Assembly: GCA_038321865.1 (NCBI GenBank) | Contig: JBBQFH010000001.1 | Location: 160,001-224,000, forward strand | DNA length: 64,000 bases | Origin: Gemmatimonadales bacterium | GTDB taxonomy: Bacteria; Gemmatimonadota; Gemmatimonadetes; Gemmatimonadales; GWC2-71-9 | Direction of reading: 5' to 3' | Shown here: in pieces, positions 62,379 to 64,000 of the stretch | Position numbering within the stretch: the stretch's first letter is position 1 | Layout: each line of letters begins with the position of its first letter | Notes under the pieces: model-generated | What the model saw: only the letters and a program-made list of their open reading frames with translations | What the model was told of the DNA's origin: nothing | The model's database searches: none | Made by a program: the position numbers and the translations under genes

Positions 62379-64000
62379 TCAGCCCTCCGGGCGGTGCCGC
62401 AACAGGATCAGCGAATGCGCAACCAGGATCACCGCGCGCGATCGGATCGGCTGCGACTTCGATCGCGCCGTGTTGACCAGCTCCTCCCACCGCCCTCGCA
62501 CCGGCCGGCGCGGAAGCGTGAATGCGCAGGAGCGGCCGCCGCCGTTCAGCAGCAGCAACACCGTCTCACCGGCAACTGGGCTCCCTTGCTCGTCGGGCAC
62601 ATCGCTCACCTCATCCCGAATGAGCATGCCGAGCACATGCCCACTTCGGTCGTTCCAGTCAGTCGCAGCCATCTCCTTCCCGTCTGGGCGCAACCACCAC
62701 AGTTCACGGTCCGCCGCTAAGGGGGAGGCTGCGAAAAAGGTGCGGCGGCGCACCACCGGATTCGCGGCCCGGATTGCCAGGACGGTCCGGGTGAACTCAA
62801 GAAGCTCCCGGCGAGAGCAGTCCAACCTCCAGTCGAACCAAGTCAGCGGGCCGTCCTGGCAGTACGCGTTGTTGTTGCCTCGCTGCGTACGGCCGATCTC
62901 GTCGCCGTGCGAAAGCATGGGCACGCCCTGTGAAAATGCGAGCGTCGCGAGGAAGTTCCTGGCGATGCGGTCGCGGATGCGGAGCACGAGCGTCGCGTCC
63001 GTGGGCCCCTCGGCCCCCCAGTTCCGGCTCTCGTTATGAGTGGAGCCATCCCGATTGCCCTCCCCGTTCGCCTCGTTGTGCTTCTCGGCGTAGCTCACGA
63101 GGTCCTGCAGGGTGAACCCGTCGTGACATGTGACCAGGTTGATGCTGGCCTGCGGCGAGCGTCCGGCGGCTTCGTACAAGTCGCTGCTGCCGGCAAGGCG
63201 CGACGCGACTTCGCCGATGTGCCCGCCATCGCCGCGCCAGAAGCGCCGCAGCGTGTCCCGATACCGCCCGTTCCACTCCGCCCAGCCGACCGGGAACCGC
63301 CCTACCTGATAACCTCCCGGGCCGAGGTCCCAGGGTTCCGCGATGAGCTTCACCCGCGAGATCACCGGATCCTGGCGGATCTCGTCAAAGAACGGACTCA
63401 GCGCATCGAAGCCCACGGCATCACGGGCGAGCGCCGGCGCCAGGTCGAAGCGGAATCCGTCCACATGCATGTCGGTCACCCAGTACCGCAGGCTGTCCAT
63501 TACCAGCTGTGTGGTGAACGCGTTCCCAAGATCGAGCGTATTGCCGCAGCCCGTAAAATCGAGATACCGCGCCGGATCAGCCGGGTCCAGCCGGTAGTAG
63601 CTCGCGTTGTCCACTCCCCTGAAGCAGATCGTCGGTCCGAACCGATCGCCCTCGGCAGTGTGATTGTACACCACGTCCAGAATGACCTCCAGGCCGGCGC
63701 GATGGAGCGCCTTCACCATGGACTTAAATTCCTGAACCTGGGACACCTCGCCACCACTGGCGAATCTACCGTCCGGCGCGAAGAAACCGATTGTGTTGTA
63801 GCCCCAGTAGTTGGTGAGCCCGCGCTGCACCAGATGCCGGTCGTCGGCCATCTGGTGCACCGGCATCAGCTCGACTGCGGTTATGCCGAGCGACAGCAGA
63901 TGGTCGACCACCGGCTCGCTCGCGAGACCGAGATAGGTGCCCCGCAGCTCCGCCGGCACCTGCGGATGCATCGCCGTCATGCCCTTCACGTGACACTCGT
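62379..64000 (-). CDS. glgX: glycogen debranching enzyme (isoamylase), 5' end outside window
   Basis: [48 protein letters not shown]. Confidence 0.96.
   Translation of the reverse strand, partial: ECHVKGMTAMHPQVPAELRGTYLGLASEPVVDHLLSLGITAVELMPVHQMADDRHLVQRGLTNYWGYNTIGFFAPDGRFASGGEVSQVQEFKSMVKALHRAGLEVILDVVYNHTAEGDRFGPTICFRGVDNASYYRLDPADPARYLDFTGCGNTLDLGNAFTTQLVMDSLRYWVTDMHVDGFRFDLAPALARDAVGFDALSPFFDEIRQDPVISRVKLIAEPWDLGPGGYQVGRFPVGWAEWNGRYRDTLRRFWRGDGGHIGEVASRLAGSSDLYEAAGRSPQASINLVTCHDGFTLQDLVSYAEKHNEANGEGNRDGSTHNESRNWGAEGPTDATLVLRIRDRIARNFLATLAFSQGVPMLSHGDEIGRTQRGNNNAYCQDGPLTWFDWRLDCSRRELLEFTRTVLAIRAANPVVRRRTFFAASPLAADRELWWLRPDGKEMAATDWNDRSGHVLGMLIRDEVSDVPDEQGSPVAGETVLLLLNGGGRSCAFTLPRRPVRGRWEELVNTARSKSQPIRSRAVILVAHSLILLRHRPEG

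Overview
GC-rich bacterial core-genome window. Gene order and protein style suggest Gemmatimonadota (inference from memory, not a search). 1-16 kb (+): truA end, HtrA protease, a purine cluster (purB-purC-psd-pssA-purS-purQ-two small ORFs-purL-purF-ppdK), a lipoprotein and purE-purK. 16.2-16.6 kb (-): tmRNA with tag ANTELAMAA, preceded by dusB-corA-diguanylate cyclase, with a divergent PTS IIA gene. 20.4-57.4 kb (-): one long co-oriented housekeeping run (aroA-cmk-rpsA; acyl-CoA carboxylase genes with an RNA methyltransferase; rplM-rpsI-rpsB-tsf-pyrH-frr-uppS-cdsA-dxr-rseP; rpsO-pnp-M16 peptidase-ald-dut; mreBCD-mrdA-rodA; accD-folC; hisS-proS-lysA-guaA). 57.5-64 kb: a more variable-looking segment with a degenerate receiver, a pseudopilin-like protein and a type IV pilin, converging on glgX-rmlBACD. 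I found no CRISPR array, transposase, integrase, rRNA or tRNA, and no clear-cut new multi-gene system. Best leads: a soluble protein resembling the DUF2723/TMEM260 extramembrane domain inside the carboxylase cluster, an rpsB leader RNA, four apparently leaderless genes, a recurring TAAGT-N15-ANTTA intergenic motif, and the orphan pseudo-receiver/pilin cassette. Several start codons were moved by eye from the ORF track.
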